The translations under genes and the position numbers were made by a program. The notes under the pieces were generated by a model, which saw nothing but the letters and a program-made list of their open reading frames with translations, had not been told where the DNA came from and did not search any database. This document shows, in pieces, positions 13,480-26,454 of a DNA stretch of 64,000 nt. How positions within the stretch are numbered: position 1 is the stretch's first letter; each line of letters opens with the position of its first letter. The DNA lies in contig MU058000.1 in NCBI GenBank assembly GCA_013265495.1, forward strand, positions 2,728,001 to 2,792,000, written 5' to 3'. This DNA comes from Vicugna vicugna. Lineage: Eukaryota.

Positions 13480-15099
13480 TTAGAGGAAACACAAAAATAT
13501 TTTCAAAAAGCCCAACAGGGGCAGAAAAGTCTCTTTTCTGAGCAGCTTAGGTGTTAAACTAGACGCCCTTGTTTTCTGACTCCATTCATTTTTAACTGAC
13601 GTTTTCATCATCAAAGTCCTCACCATTCCTTTTTATTTAGAAATACATCACTACCAGATTCTATAATCAGAGCATTCCAGGATTAGGCCAGCATGCAAGT
13701 CGTCTCCACAGACTCAGAAATGCGTGTGTGTGTCTCGACTCAGGTGGGCTCTTTCAAAGAAGTGAGCTGAGCTCCTTGGAAAACTTTTCCATTGGAAATT
13801 CAACACATTTTCTTTCAGATTCTTTATGTTATTTTTCCATTGTGCCACATATCTGTAAAGGGTCTACACAGGAGAAAGGAAAAATAGATAGAAAAAGAGA
13901 GAGGGAGAGAAATTTCGTTAAATAAAAATATAATTCCTTCAAATATTCTAAAATGCTTCATTCTTTTTTTCCTTTTAAGTTCCAGCTATGTATCTCTCAC
14001 ACATTCAGTTTCTTCTATCAAAATCTGAAAGAGGCCTTTGATAAATAAACAATATAGTAATGAAAAATTTCTAAGTCTCTCAACAGAAGAATGCTACAAA
14101 AAGCAATATTCATTGACTAGCCATTACATTCTAGCTTGATAGGAATTTGTGTTCTATGCAAGAATGGAAAATGGATAAAAGAGATTTGGAAAACTTTTTA
14201 TTTGGAGATCTTCTTTCACTATGTGTATTCTTATTTTTCTCCTCTTTCCTTTCCCTCAACCAAGTTACCCTAAGGCGTCATCTTAGGTAAAATCATTATT
14301 TTAGTGACATGAGAGTTTTTTAAATAGCTCATTTTGAATGCCTAAGGATACATTTCTCCAAGAATGCAGATGCATTGTTTGGCTTTTACTTGAATTTTGA
14401 GCTGTTTCTAGAAGATCCATACAGCACTGACCATAAAATTGTAGGCTAAATTATTGATACCAAATTAAAACTTCTTAGAAAGATCGGATGGAATTTAACA
14501 GTTTTTCCTTCTCACCTTCTTTACCCCTATAGGGAGCTGTTTTTGCCTTTGAAAATAAGCCTAAATTTGTGAATCAGCCACTTGACACTTAATCATGTAA
14601 ATTAATGACACTTTATAAATAAACGTTTTGCAGTTGAAGTGATGACTAAACTGTGTGTTTGTTAACTCTGCCATTTATAGCTCACTGATTTTGGAATGAG
14701 AAGAATACAGGTTCATTTATTCTATCATTGTTTGCAATGCCATTGCTCTGCCTTTGAGTTTAAAATAACTTTGACTATCTACTCAAAGACCTTCTTTACT
14801 GAATATTTAAAAATCCCTCATCAAATATCATCTCATCTCCTCTTAATATGATATGTATGTACTGCTCAGGGCAGATACAGCCAGACAAAGTCAAATCAGA
14901 AGGACATTCACCTACGTCCAGCCTCTGAATGCTTGGTCATTACACCAATTTTCCTCCCTACACAATATACAAAGCAGTCATAGCTGAAACACCACTGTTA
15001 CATCTGGTCTACTCTCTTAGAAAAAAAGCTTCAACTGGCTTTGACTCTAGAGTGGTACTCCTTCCTTCCATCCCATTCCTGCCATTATCCTGATAGAAT

Positions 15100-16480
15100 T
15101 TCTCATCCTAGACATGCCTGTTTCTAAGGGATCAAAACCCCAGTAGCCTTCACCCCTCCTCTTTGACAACATGTTTTCTCATAGCCACTATGGGCTGTTT
15201 CATCTCTAAAATCCTAAACCCCATTCTTTGGCCACAATCACTTATCATTCTGCTCCATGCCTTACATTAAGTTTTCTTTGATACTGATATTTCTGGTACA
15301 TTTATTTCATACCACTCTTATTTGTAACCATTCTTTTCTTCAGTGATTCAATACCATCCTGCCAGTATTTTACCCTTAAATAGCCTGGCCCACTATTTAG
15401 CCGTCTGAATCTTTTACTAACTTCACCAAATTTAGAGTTCCATTGATTCTTTGTCTAAAAATTTCTGAATGTCAATGACTCTTAAAATTTAACCATTCTC
15501 TCTCTTTCTTTCATATAATGAGAACAGGAGGGGAAAACGTACTATTTTTGTATAGATTAGAGTCACAGAAAATATGTCTTTTCTAATCTCAATTTGGTCT
15601 TCATTGGCATATGGCAACATTCTTACATGTCCCTGGTTAATTCTTCTCAGGAGATAGAGTTTTGTCATGTTATCCCATCCTAAAACTTGGTACGTTAGTA
15701 GATATTTATCTGAGAGGGATGATGAAGACATAAGGACATTATAAACTCATCTCCCTGTTCTTACTCGCAAACTCATTTTCATCTGCACTTACCTTGACAT
15801 TCTTCTTCTCCAAGATTTTGACAGAACCAATACCCTCTCTTCTTTCTCTATTACCGTCTTCTAGATTGCTCTTCACTCCTTCTTCCTGAACACGATATCA
15901 AGCTTCACATCCTTTGAATAAAGAATAAGAAGTGTCCTTTTAAAACCATGCACCCCTTGTACACTGTTTCTTTTCCTACCTTTGAAACCAATATTTTTAA
16001 TAGGTTAAGCCCAACGTTGCTTTCAGTTTTTCTTTGACTCTATCCTCTCCTAAGCCCTGTTGGAATCTGATATTTTCATTCCTCTTGCTCCTAGGAAAAC
16101 AATGGTCTGTCACTAGACATTTTAAAATGTCCTGCACTGATAGATGTTTACGTATCACTCCCATATTCTTTGACACTCTTGACACTTCATTTCTCCTCAA
16201 TGTTCTCTTTGATCTTCAACAACAGGCCTTTTTGAGTTTGTTTCTGTATTAATGACTATCACTTTTTAATATGTTTATGAGATTTTCTGCCTCTATTCAT
16301 TGATTTTGTGAGATTGGTTTTAGGATTCTAAATGAGGTTCTTTTGTCTATTTATTTTCATACTAACTCCCTTCCACACTTTAATTGCATTTGCCAAACAT
16401 TATTTTTGCTCTGGATTCTTATACCTACCTACCTACTACCTACTTGACTATGCAAGTCTCAGTCAAACTTTATCATGTCT
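15100..16480 (+). mobile_element. Ancient L2 LINE remnant(s)
   Basis: Long C/T-rich diverged stretch with L2-like phrases (cttgacacttcatttctcctcaatgttctct; cctactacctacttgac). Boundaries vague. Confidence 0.4.
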
Positions 16481-17274
16481 CTAGGTAATACAGGTGCTTA
16501 CACTTCCTCTTAAGTCTGTTGTAAAAACAAACAAGCAAAAAAGTCCATTCTCTTTCGTATGAAAGTGTTTAACACAGACATATAGTTGCCATGTCAATTT
16601 TGGTGGTGACACATTGAGAAATACCTACTTCATGGTGGGAGAGGAGGTGACTGAAAGAAATCATTGGAAAGCAACCACTCTGTAGCCATTGGCAATAGGA
16701 GATATCAAGATTCAAGTTGCTTCAAGTATGAATTACTGATCAACACATCTTTGTCTATGTCCTAGAAACCACATCTCAACACATTTGAGGGGAAAGTAGA
16801 ATGAAAGAGCTTCCATTGGTCAAAGGCTCTCTAATCAAGGGGTTCACTGTCCTGTACTTCAGTGTTTTTCATCATGAGCATGGCCAGGAGGGAGCACTGA
16901 GATGCAGTGGTGTTAGTGCAAAGCTTTTGTGTCCCCTCGCAGGCAGGAAGCAAGTTTCTTCCAGTTCAGTCTTGACTGAAATTGATCAGACACCACGTGG
17001 AGCTAGACTTGAGATGATAAGGCCAGGAATCTCTACAGTGGTCCTCATCAGCATCAGGCATCTTTACGCAACTCGATAACCATAGCTGTAGACTCCTCTG
17101 TGTTACACACACGAGGAAGAAGAGGGAAGAGGAACATCCCTCATTACTGTAAAACTGTGGTGACTTAGCACTGGTACCCTCTGGAGCTGGCAGTTATTTT
17201 AAAAAATGTATAGATACTACTATGAATACTAAAGACATTTAAAGTATGGGGAAAAAGCACCAACAATGATCTTA

Positions 17275-17501
17275 CATCAATAATTTTCACCACATAGATA
17301 AAATAGAAAAATTTTTGAAGATTCATATTACCAAAAGTAACCAAAAATGAATAGGAAATCTGAAAATCCCTTTATCTGTCAGAAATTCAATTCTAATAAT
17401 ATAAACCTTTCCAAAGCAAAAAGTTCCAGGCATAGATAGATTTACTGCAGAATTCTTTAAAATATTTTAAGGAAGAAATAAGATCAGTATTAAACAAACT
17501 C
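17275..17501 (+). mobile_element. Old LINE-1 ORF2 fragment, sense
   Basis: Decayed equivalent of the EMDKFL...KSPGPDGFTGEFYQTFKEE region (agttccaggcatagatagatttactgcagaattct..ttaaggaagaaata). Confidence 0.75.
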
Positions 17502-18360
17502 ACTTTTCCCTAATACAAGTATATAAGTATCTAAATTTCCCTCTAAGGATCACTTTATAGTTCCTTTAAAATTTTTGATATGTTGTTTTAATGAAAAATA
17601 TTTTACAAGTTTCTAATTTCTAATTTTCTCCTGTGATTTCTTCTCTGATTTGTAAATTACTTAATTGGATAATTTTCAAATATTTTGGAAGATGTTCCAG
17701 ACACCAGTTTTCTATTTTTTTCCTTAATTATTTCTATTATGGTTTTTAAAAAATAGGAAAAAGGAAAAAAAAGCATACTCTTTTCTATTTAATTCTCTTG
17801 AAATTTATCAAGATATTTTATGACCCAGCATATAATCTACCTTAATGGGTGCTCATGTGCATTTGAAAAGAATGAGTATGCTACCTGTGTGGGGTGTGGT
17901 GTCCTATATATATCAATTAGGTTAAATTGTAGGAGAGTGGTATTCAAATAACTTCACTGATTTTAATATTTTCTATAAAATACTAAGAAAAGAGGATTAA
18001 AAATTCAAATGTTATGTTGATTATGTTTATTTCTACCTTTAGTTCTGCTCTTTTTTGCTTCTTATATTTTGAGGCTCTGTTTTGGGTACATATATTTACG
18101 ATTGTTCTATCTTCCTGATAAATTAATCTTTCCCATTATGAAATACTCTTTTTTTTTAATCTCTGGCAGTATTTCTTACCTTGAATTCTACTATATTGGT
18201 AATTAATGTAACTGCGCCACCTTTCCTAACCTGTTGGCATTGTATGTCATTTTTCTTTTTTTGTACTTTGTTCTTTTCTTTTTCTTTGTAAATCAATTGC
18301 TTTATTTATATTTAAAGTGCATTTCTTAAAGACAGAGTTTACTTGTATTATTTTTTATCC
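17502..18360 (-). mobile_element. Old LINE-1 ORF2 5' (endonuclease-side) fragment, antisense
   Basis: taaatttccctcta, tttatgacccagcatataatcta, catgtgcatttgaaaagaatg, tatattttgaggctctgtt are antisense L1 ORF2 motifs. Confidence 0.75.
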
Positions 18361-18429
18361 TACTAAACATTTGGGTATAATTCCTTTGTCATGAAAACAA
18401 AATTTATACCTATAAATCTCTTCAAAACA

Positions 18430-19115
18430 AACTTCTCCTTGCCTTGGTCTGAAAGTCAGGATCTTTGGGGATAATGCTTTCAAGAATCTTAAAAGCTCTA
18501 TTAACTAGCCAAGAGATAGAAAAAGTAAGATCTTAAGATTTTTAGATTTTATATTCAGCTGGGAGGATCTATAAGGCCTTAATTTAAGTCTTTCTGGAAT
18601 TTTAACAAAGGGTTTTATATCTTGACCCTGAAGCCAGATTTTTACTAGTCATGCCTTGGATTTGATCTTTGCCTTAAAGCCATTTTTCCTTCCCGACAAG
18701 CTGAGAATAAGAACTAGTTTCAGTCTTTCAACAGAGTAAATCCTTGTTTGATGATATTTCCTCTAGATCCTACTTGAAAACTGAACAATCCCTTCTTTAC
18801 TTTCTCTCTCGATAGCCACACTTTATCATATGCCTCTAATATAAACCAGTTGCCACTTTAATATTTTTTCTTGGAAATCTCTTTAACCACATCTCCAATT
18901 TTATTGTGTATTTACCCTTATCCACAAACCACTGACAACATCCATCATCACATAAAACAAACAGCCTTTTTTTCTAGCCTCCAATAAAAATATCCTTACT
19001 TTCCAAACCATCACTGAATCTCTTCAAGACCCTCCAGGTTTTTCTATTGCTCTGTCCCAAAGCCAATAGCACATACAATTTTTATTAGGACAGCATTCAT
19101 TTCCTGGTGCACATT
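18430..19115 (-). mobile_element. MaLR internal sequence (old MLT1-int), 5' part
   Basis: Ends in ttcctggtgcacattt (antisense of the MaLR internal start aa.ttggtaccaggaa) next to an MLT1 LTR; contains catgccttggatttgatctttgcc. Confidence 0.55.
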
Positions 19116-19136
19116 TATTTTTTATTTTATTTATCT

Positions 19137-19805
19137 TGTTACTAAACCAAACTCGGGTCTGCCTGCCCAACACACAGCAAAGCCATCTATGGACACTAGG
19201 TTGTGATAAAGGAAAGCATTTATTTGCAGGGCACCACGTAGAGTCCATGGGCTGCTAATACTCAAAAGACCTGAACTCCTTGATAGCTTTTGGCAAGGGT
19301 TTTTAACAGCAACACTGGGGCGAGGGTCTCAGGGTACATGATCAGGGCCATACGTTCTTCTGAGTGGTTGGTGGTGAGGTAATAGGGTGATGTTTCATAA
19401 ATTTAATCATCAGTCTTCTGGTTCCTACCAGTCTGGGATCTCCATGCACGTGGTCATCATGTAGTCAATATCCTCCACTTGGTGGGAGTCTTAGTTTCTG
19501 CAAAACAACACAGAGATACGCATTAGATTGTTATCTGTATCTCTTGAGGAAGAACTAAGTGTCTTGTGACTCTGTTTTATAGTTGAACTGTTGTTTAAGC
19601 TATTATTATTGTTCTTGCTTGACTGCTTTCTTTTTGTTTCTGCATTTTCTCACTTCTTTAATGATTCACTGCCTGAATCTGGTCTTTGAAACTAGGGGAA
19701 GGCCTAGGAGACTAAAGTGTTGTTTTTTTTTTTAAACAAATAAGAAATGCGGGACTAGAAGAGGCTCATACCTCGAAAGGCCCCTCAGGGCCCTGCTTGA
19801 TTTCA
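19137..19805 (-). mobile_element. ERV1-type solo LTR with 4-bp TSD (ATCT)
   Basis: TG...CA termini (tgttac...tttca); atct at 19133-19136 and 19806-19809; antisense poly(A) signal tttatt near the left end. Confidence 0.85.
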
Positions 19806-19852
19806 ATCTCTTGCTGTGGAAAGAAAAAAAAATCATAAGATTTTAGTGGATT

Positions 19853-20397
19853 TGTCAAAGTAAAAAATTCATTGAACAAAGTTAAGCAGGGAAGAAAGAT
19901 TTTATTCAAGAGTGTTACAATAGGGGAGAGAGACTAAATTCCCTTGAAACAAAAGTTAGCTGAGTTTTTAATAATGAGATAGGGGAGACAGGGTGATGGT
20001 GGAATCCTAGGTCACCTGTGTTTCCTAATTGGCCTTGCTCAAAGGAAAAGTAAACCTTCTCCCACCTTCATGAGTGAAGGCAGTTTTACAACTTACAAAG
20101 AGACACCCACTGAAGTTAAACTCTTCCTCCAGACTGGGATATAAGGGTGTTCTCTTCCTTGATAATTATATTAATTAAGGGGGCTCAGATCCTTGAGAAA
20201 AACATTCCCTGGGTCTTCAACTGACAAGAGGGTTTTAAGGAGAAGAATATATACTTCAAATGGGTAGAGATAGAATTTGCGATGACAAGTTTTTTAATAT
20301 AAATATTTTAAGAAAAGGGAGGTCAGAGGCTTATTGTCTGGAACAAACTTATCTAAAGTTTAATCAAGCTGAAGAAAATACTAAGGTTTTCTGATCA
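19853..20397 (-). mobile_element. ERV1 solo LTR (MER31/MER67-like) with 4-bp TSD (GATT)
   Basis: TG...CA termini; gatt at 19849-19852 and 20398-20401; reverse complement begins tgatcag..cttcagcttgattaaactttaga..ctgacctcccttttctt as in MER31/MER67. Confidence 0.85.
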
Positions 20398-20851
20398 GAT
20401 TACAACAAGCTTTTTCTTTTCTCTATTTTGTGGGTAGACTTGGATCAGCTGGGTGGCTCTCCTCTTACAAATACTGTTGGATAGTGTTGCTCTTGTCTGG
20501 TGACTCAGGTCTATGAAAGTCATGCCCAACATGTCACTTTTGCCTGGATCGTATCTCAGTGCGATGACTAGAAGGCTGGGACAGCTGGGCCTGTCAACCT
20601 CAGTCTCTGCTCACTTGGGTGCTCCCCAAGTTTGCCTGCTGGGGTAATCTCTTCAGTAGATGGGCCGAAATTCCTACATGATGGCTGGAGGCCTTCTTAA
20701 GACTTAGATCTAGAAGGACCACTGCATCACTTCCACCAATTCTACTGGTTAAATAGAGGCACAAAACCATCAGAAAGATCAATGCAGCAGTGAGTGTGAA
20801 AATCAGAAAGCAGAGTGTATTGGGGGCCATCTTTCAAGACTATCTATAACA
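20398..20851 (-). mobile_element. Old MaLR LTR (MLT1G/H-like), main part; its 3' end lies at ~19116-19136 and 19806-19852
   Basis: tcagctgggtgg, catcacttccaccaattctactgg, gggggccatcttt..ctataaca; rejoins ttgctgtg...ttagtggatt|acaacaa across the inserted LTR. Confidence 0.7.
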
Positions 20852-21933
20852 CAGATATTAAGCAAATATCATACAATGATCAATTATGGTTATGAAAGAC
20901 TGATAAATAATAAGTATCCAAAAACAAAACACTTGGGGACACAGTTTGTTTTCTTTTTTAATTTCCACTTTAGTAGTATATGTGCCAGTGAGGTAAAATA
21001 ACTTACTTTCACCTCAGCAGCATTATAAACATTGTTTGATCTCAGTCCTTTCTGATTATGAAATGTTTGATTATGAATGTTATGAAGTTTCTTCTGTATG
21101 AACTTTTACATGTCAGTTGCATTTGTCTGACTGCTCCGCTGTTTTGGACTCCAGGGATTAGATTTCTACCCAGAACCTCAGATTGCATGGCTGGGTCCCT
21201 GGAAATTTGTCTCTTTCTAACTTTCTTGTTTCTTTGATATTAGATCTTATTCTTATTATCCAAATACCTTTGAGTCAATGCCACATACTGGCCATAAATT
21301 CTAGGCTTACCCTACTAATGGGTAAGAAACTTCTAAAATATTTTCAGTTTTTTTGTTTTGTCTTGGTTTTTGTTTGTTTGTTTGTTTTGGCTGGTAATAG
21401 TTTAGCCTAGAATATTTGTTGAAAATCTTCAATCAATGCTAATTGAATATATAGGAAAATATTACCCTTGTGTATGACTTATCTCCTTGGTCCAAGCATT
21501 AAACAATGCCCCATAAAACTACTGGCTGGGAGAGTGATAAGAGATACAGTCCTTGAGCAGCTTGGAGATACATAGTAATTGTATAAACATATCTTCTCAA
21601 TGACACTTCAGTATTGTTGCTTAACAAATAAGTGTTCATACTTACGAAAATAAAAGTGAAGCCCATGAGAAAACATTTTGTGAAAGAAAAGTTTGAAAAT
21701 CTAATATAAAATCTGACTTTGATTGCTGAATCATTTCATCTGGTCATAACATGCTAATCCTTCAAGAACCATCAAAGATAATCAGTGTAAATTGGGAGTA
21801 TGCAATTGATACTATGTGTATTTCATGACTATGGCAATTAAAATAATCCTTGATCAGCAACCATTAAAATAGACCTGATTCATCTTTCCAACTAATTTCA
21901 ATTTTCAACTGATAGTCAATGTACAATCTACTT

Positions 21934-21953
21934 CACACACACACACACACACA
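21934..21953. repeat. (CA)10 microsatellite
   Basis: Direct reading. Confidence 0.95.
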
Positions 21954-23206
21954 AATGCCTACACAAACAAATAGTACAATATAAAGACAATGCTTTCAGA
22001 AAGGGCTAATGTTTATCAAACCACACTTGTATTTTGGATGAAAAAAAAAGACTTGAATAAAAAGCATTTCCCTCTTCCTTATAAATTTGTCACATGTTAC
22101 AGTTTAATGTTAGATCTGGTATCACCCTATAAACAGACCACAGCATGACATTGACAATACCTGCTGTCTGGAAATAAAGAAACCACCAAGAGAGATCTAA
22201 GACTAGAATATGTGCCAAAGTGAAATTCTATAGACTCATGGAAGAAATATTATTTCATGATCAAAAGTCTGGAATCAAATTTTCTATTCTTTTTCAAGTT
22301 TGTCATCAGGATAGTTGTGATATCTTGAGCATCTCATTAAACCTATATTTCCTAGAATTTTATTTAACACCCTTCAATACAGTCAGGTAGTATAACCATA
22401 GCTGGAACTTAAGAAGCTTAATAAATATGTATGTATATTATCTAGTCAGAAGACCATAACTGTGTTTTCTAATAATTATAGTCTGGCATATTAATCTTTC
22501 TTTTGGATGCTGTACAACTTTAAGCTCTCTGAGCTCTCTGAAGTAATTTATGAACTCAAGATTCAGTTCTTAAAGAATGAGATATCTGTACTCATTGATC
22601 TAGAAAAGTCCCATCTGAAATAATGGCACTAAATGATTTCTTACCTTTTCTATTAGAGAAGACATTTCCCTCACTGTCTCCAAACTGACTAAATCATGAA
22701 CTGCAGTAATATATTGCCTACAAAAGCCTTAGATTTCTTATCATGTAATAATTATCAGAATTACATGACCAAAAATAGGCCAAATCTAATCAACCAATAG
22801 ATGACCAAATTTTTCCAAGGCCTCTGGCAATTAAATATGAAGAAGTCACCATATTTTTAAATATTTTCATAATTCTTTAAAAATGCATTATTTATCTAAT
22901 TGACTGTAATGGTGTTTTTGGAGTTCCTGGGTCTAGTTTTTAAATAGGCTTAAAAAAATTCAAAAGTTGATCTGAAATAATTACTATGACCATGAAAGGA
23001 ATAACTGTTCATGTTAAAACCCCTGGGTCACCTCAATTAAAAAAACAGTGAAATATACCCATATTTGGAAGCTGAATTTTAAGTAAGTACCTTAGTTGAT
23101 GATTGTTCCATTACCCCAAATACCCCAAAGGTACAAATCAACAGTATGCAGTCTAGAAATTGTCAGTTTGACCAATGAAGTAATTTGTGAGTTCATGGAG
23201 CACCAC

Positions 23207-23284
23207 AAAAATTAAAAAAAAAAAAAAAGAAAAAAAAAAAAAAAAAAAAAAAGAAAAAGAAAAAGAAAAAGAAAAAAAGAAAAA
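23207..23284 (+). repeat. ~78-nt poly(A)/(GAAAAA)n tract
   Basis: Direct reading. Confidence 0.95.
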
Positions 23285-23984
23285 TCATACTGAGAGCTGA
23301 GAGTGAAAATGGCTAACTTTTAAAAAAATTCAACACAACACATACTTACTTAACTGTTTAGAGTATGAATGGACTCCTACCAGTGTCATTTTGGAATAGC
23401 AAAAATTCAAAAAGAAATCTAAGTACTGATAATTAAACAGACTCATTGGAAATTTTGAGGACACAGTTGCCAAATCTTTTATCTTCACTCACCTTTTGAC
23501 ATCCTAACAACTGATCAATCCCAACCCCATAATCTTCTTGACTCTCTACCCAACTGCTAGTCTTGTAATCTTAACCATTAACTCATTGCTCATTTTGAGA
23601 TGTGTGGCAGTTTTTATTAGTATTGCTATCTTTTATAGTAGCTTTTTTTCATTTACTGGGCACATTATACTTACTATTTTTTCATATACTATAGTAAACT
23701 CCTTGTTCCAATTCCTATTTCTGCCTAGATTACCTGTATTTTCCAGTTTTTCAATGAAAACCTAGAATTGACTTTTCTTTTAGGACTACCTATATACAGT
23801 TTTAAAACAAAGCTTGCTACTCTTTACTTGAAACGTCTTTTGTCATTTGCCTTGTTTTCTCAGTTGACCTGTCAACATCATAAACTCCATCATTACTATC
23901 TTTACCATAACAGCTGTTTTGAGTTACTAAGAACTTTCCAATACTTTGGGAGTAATGAAACAGAGTGAGGAAGCTTGGAATTTA

Positions 23985-24130
23985 CCCAAGTTAAATTGCT
24001 TAAACTTTCTGCACTTCAGTTTTCTTATCTATAAAACAAAGATAACTGCAACTCTACTTTAAGGTTGTTTTGAGATTAAAATTTAATTAATTCATGTAAA
24101 GTGCTTAGAACATTGGCACGTAATAAGAGT
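23985..24130 (+). mobile_element. MIR remnant
   Basis: cttcagttttcttatctataaaac..ggttgttttgagattaaa..catgtaaagtgcttagaaca. Confidence 0.8.
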
Positions 24131-24619
24131 TCAGTTTATTTTTGTTTGGTTTCGCCAGAAATGTTGCTAAAAATATCGAACTTATCATCTGAACTAAGTA
24201 TCTAAACAATTTGTTGAGATAGATATCATTTCTATTTTACAAATAATGCAATTTAGAATTAGAAAACTACTCTGCTCAATGACACAAATCAGAGATGGGA
24301 TTCATATCTGGACATAGATATTCGCAAAGCCTAAATTCCTACAAACCTCTACCTATTCACCTGCATCTCAGTCAGACTATGACACCTAGGTTTCTGCAAA
24401 GGCCATAGTCCTAAATGGTTTTCCTGTTTCCAGTTTAATTGGTTTTCTCATCACTCCTCATGCCATAATTAAATAACCTCCCATTAATGCTGCTCCTTCA
24501 GATGACTTCCATACTCAAGACTCTCAAATATGTGTTAGTCACTATCTCATTTTAATACTCATGGTAATATCAGTTTACAAATCTTAGAGCCAAGTGTAAA
24601 CTAGCAAATAAGCAGCCCA

Positions 24620-24770
24620 TTATCTTGAGAAACTGCTCGACATCCCTGTCCCTGAGTCTCAGTTTTCTCATGAATAAAACATGAGTAGTCCTGTAGAGTT
24701 ATTGAGATAATTCAACTAATTGCTTAGAGAAAGTGACTAGCACATTATCTGACACATAGAAGGGAATTGA
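24620..24770 (+). mobile_element. MIR remnant
   Basis: ctgagtctcagttttctcatgaataaaa..ctagcacattatctgacacatag. Confidence 0.6.
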
Positions 24771-25119
24771 ATGTCATTATCTTTCTCCTCTGCTTCTAGC
24801 ACACAAATTCCATACACTCATATAAGTCAAGTCTAATAATACTATTATCATATCTTAGACTTTGATTATTTATTTGCTCAAGAAACACTCATTGATCTGT
24901 CTATTTCCTACCTTAAGAATATGGAGATATTTTCCCATATCCAATTTCCTTGAACTTACCACTGTTAATATTTTGGAGTATATTCTTAGAGATTGTTTTT
25001 CAATTCATATACCATTATGTGATGGTTACCTTTGATACACAGTATGTTTTGCAGAAATGTGATTATACTATAATTATTGGAAACATACCTAATTTAAAAA
25101 ATAGCAAGATATGTTAAGC

Positions 25120-25880
25120 GTCTTTTCATGTTCCTATTAGCTATTTGTACATCTTCTTTGAATAAATGTCTGTTGAGATCCTTTAACCATTTTTCAATTG
25201 GGTTATTAGTGATTTTACTATTGAACTGTAATGGCTCTTTCTTGCAGAGATTTTTGGACCTGTTCTTATGACCTGCCTCTCTGGGCAAAATCTCTGAGCC
25301 ACTATTCAGGGCATTTGACAAGGGTTGGTTGCCTCTGGGTTTCTCATCTTACTTCTCCGAGCAGGGGACATTCACCCTCTGAGCATGTGAGGGCAGCTGG
25401 GTCCCACTATTCTCAAGCTATAATGCCTCAGGTACAGCCTCCAGCCTATGAGTGAGGGCTGGGTGGAGGAAGGGAAACCCTAACATCTTAGCTACCCTCC
25501 TCAGGATATATCTTCTTCAACTCAGGGTTTAAGTTAATTAGAAATCCCTACCACCTGCCCCTCCCAGTGATAATCTGTATCCTTGACTGGAGCTAAGAGG
25601 AGGAGGAGGCCACTCCTCTTAGGCACATCCACCCAGATAGAAGTTTCTATGAGTCTGAGCTGGGTGGTGGGGAGGGAGCAGGTTGTGGCTCAAGTGCCAC
25701 AGACTTGCTATTCTTACTAAGATTTAGTAAATTTTCTTAAATAAATGTTTCTTCATTTGCTATATGCCCTTAAGGACAATTTTCAGAGACTTTTAATCAT
25801 CATTCCTTTTTTTTTTTCTTTTTAAATTTTCACTTATGTTTATTTTGCTGGGGAAACACATCTGTCAATCTCCCCACACT
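25120..25880 (-). mobile_element. Old LINE-1 fragments (ORF2 piece plus L1M-type 5' region)
   Basis: ORF 25094-25321 contains [29 protein letters not shown] (L1 ORF2). The adjacent aataaatgtttcttcatttgctatatgccctt resembles old L1M 5' ends. Confidence 0.65.
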
Positions 25881-26424
25881 GCTGTTCCAGGTATACATAT
25901 AACTTAGGTAGTTACAACATAGAAATAGAACTTCTGCACAATAAGCAATGATAAGTTTAAGTTTTAATAGATATCATTCAGATTACCCTCCAAAAAAGTT
26001 GAAGCAATTTATAGTCATATTAAGAATAGAGAAGAAGCTTTGTTTGTTTGTTTGTTTTTGTTGGCAGGGGGGAGATTGTTTAATGTTGAAGATGGAACCA
26101 TTTCTAAGTTGTGGGAAAGGAACCCGTAGAGAGTGGTTGCTTGAAAATATATAAAAAAGGATCATGGATGCAGCATCTTGAGCAGAGGATTGAGAATGAA
26201 TCCTCAGCATTAAATAAATAATTAGTCTTCAGTTGGAAGGATAAAGAAGTAAAGAAAAGATTATGGCCAGTAAATAACTGTTTCATTGAAGTTCTAAACG
26301 TTTTCATGACTTAGAACTTACATGGTTCCCGTGTTGATTCAACGCTCTTGCAAGAAGTGCATGCCCCCTGTCATTAATAAACACACGACTTAGTGGTTTT
26401 GCAACCTTTTCACGCTAACATATC

Positions 26425-26454
26425 TCTGATCATATATAGCTATATATGATCAGA
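26425..26454. repeat. Perfect 30-bp palindrome
   Basis: tctgatcatatatagctatatatgatcaga equals its own reverse complement. Confidence 0.97.
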
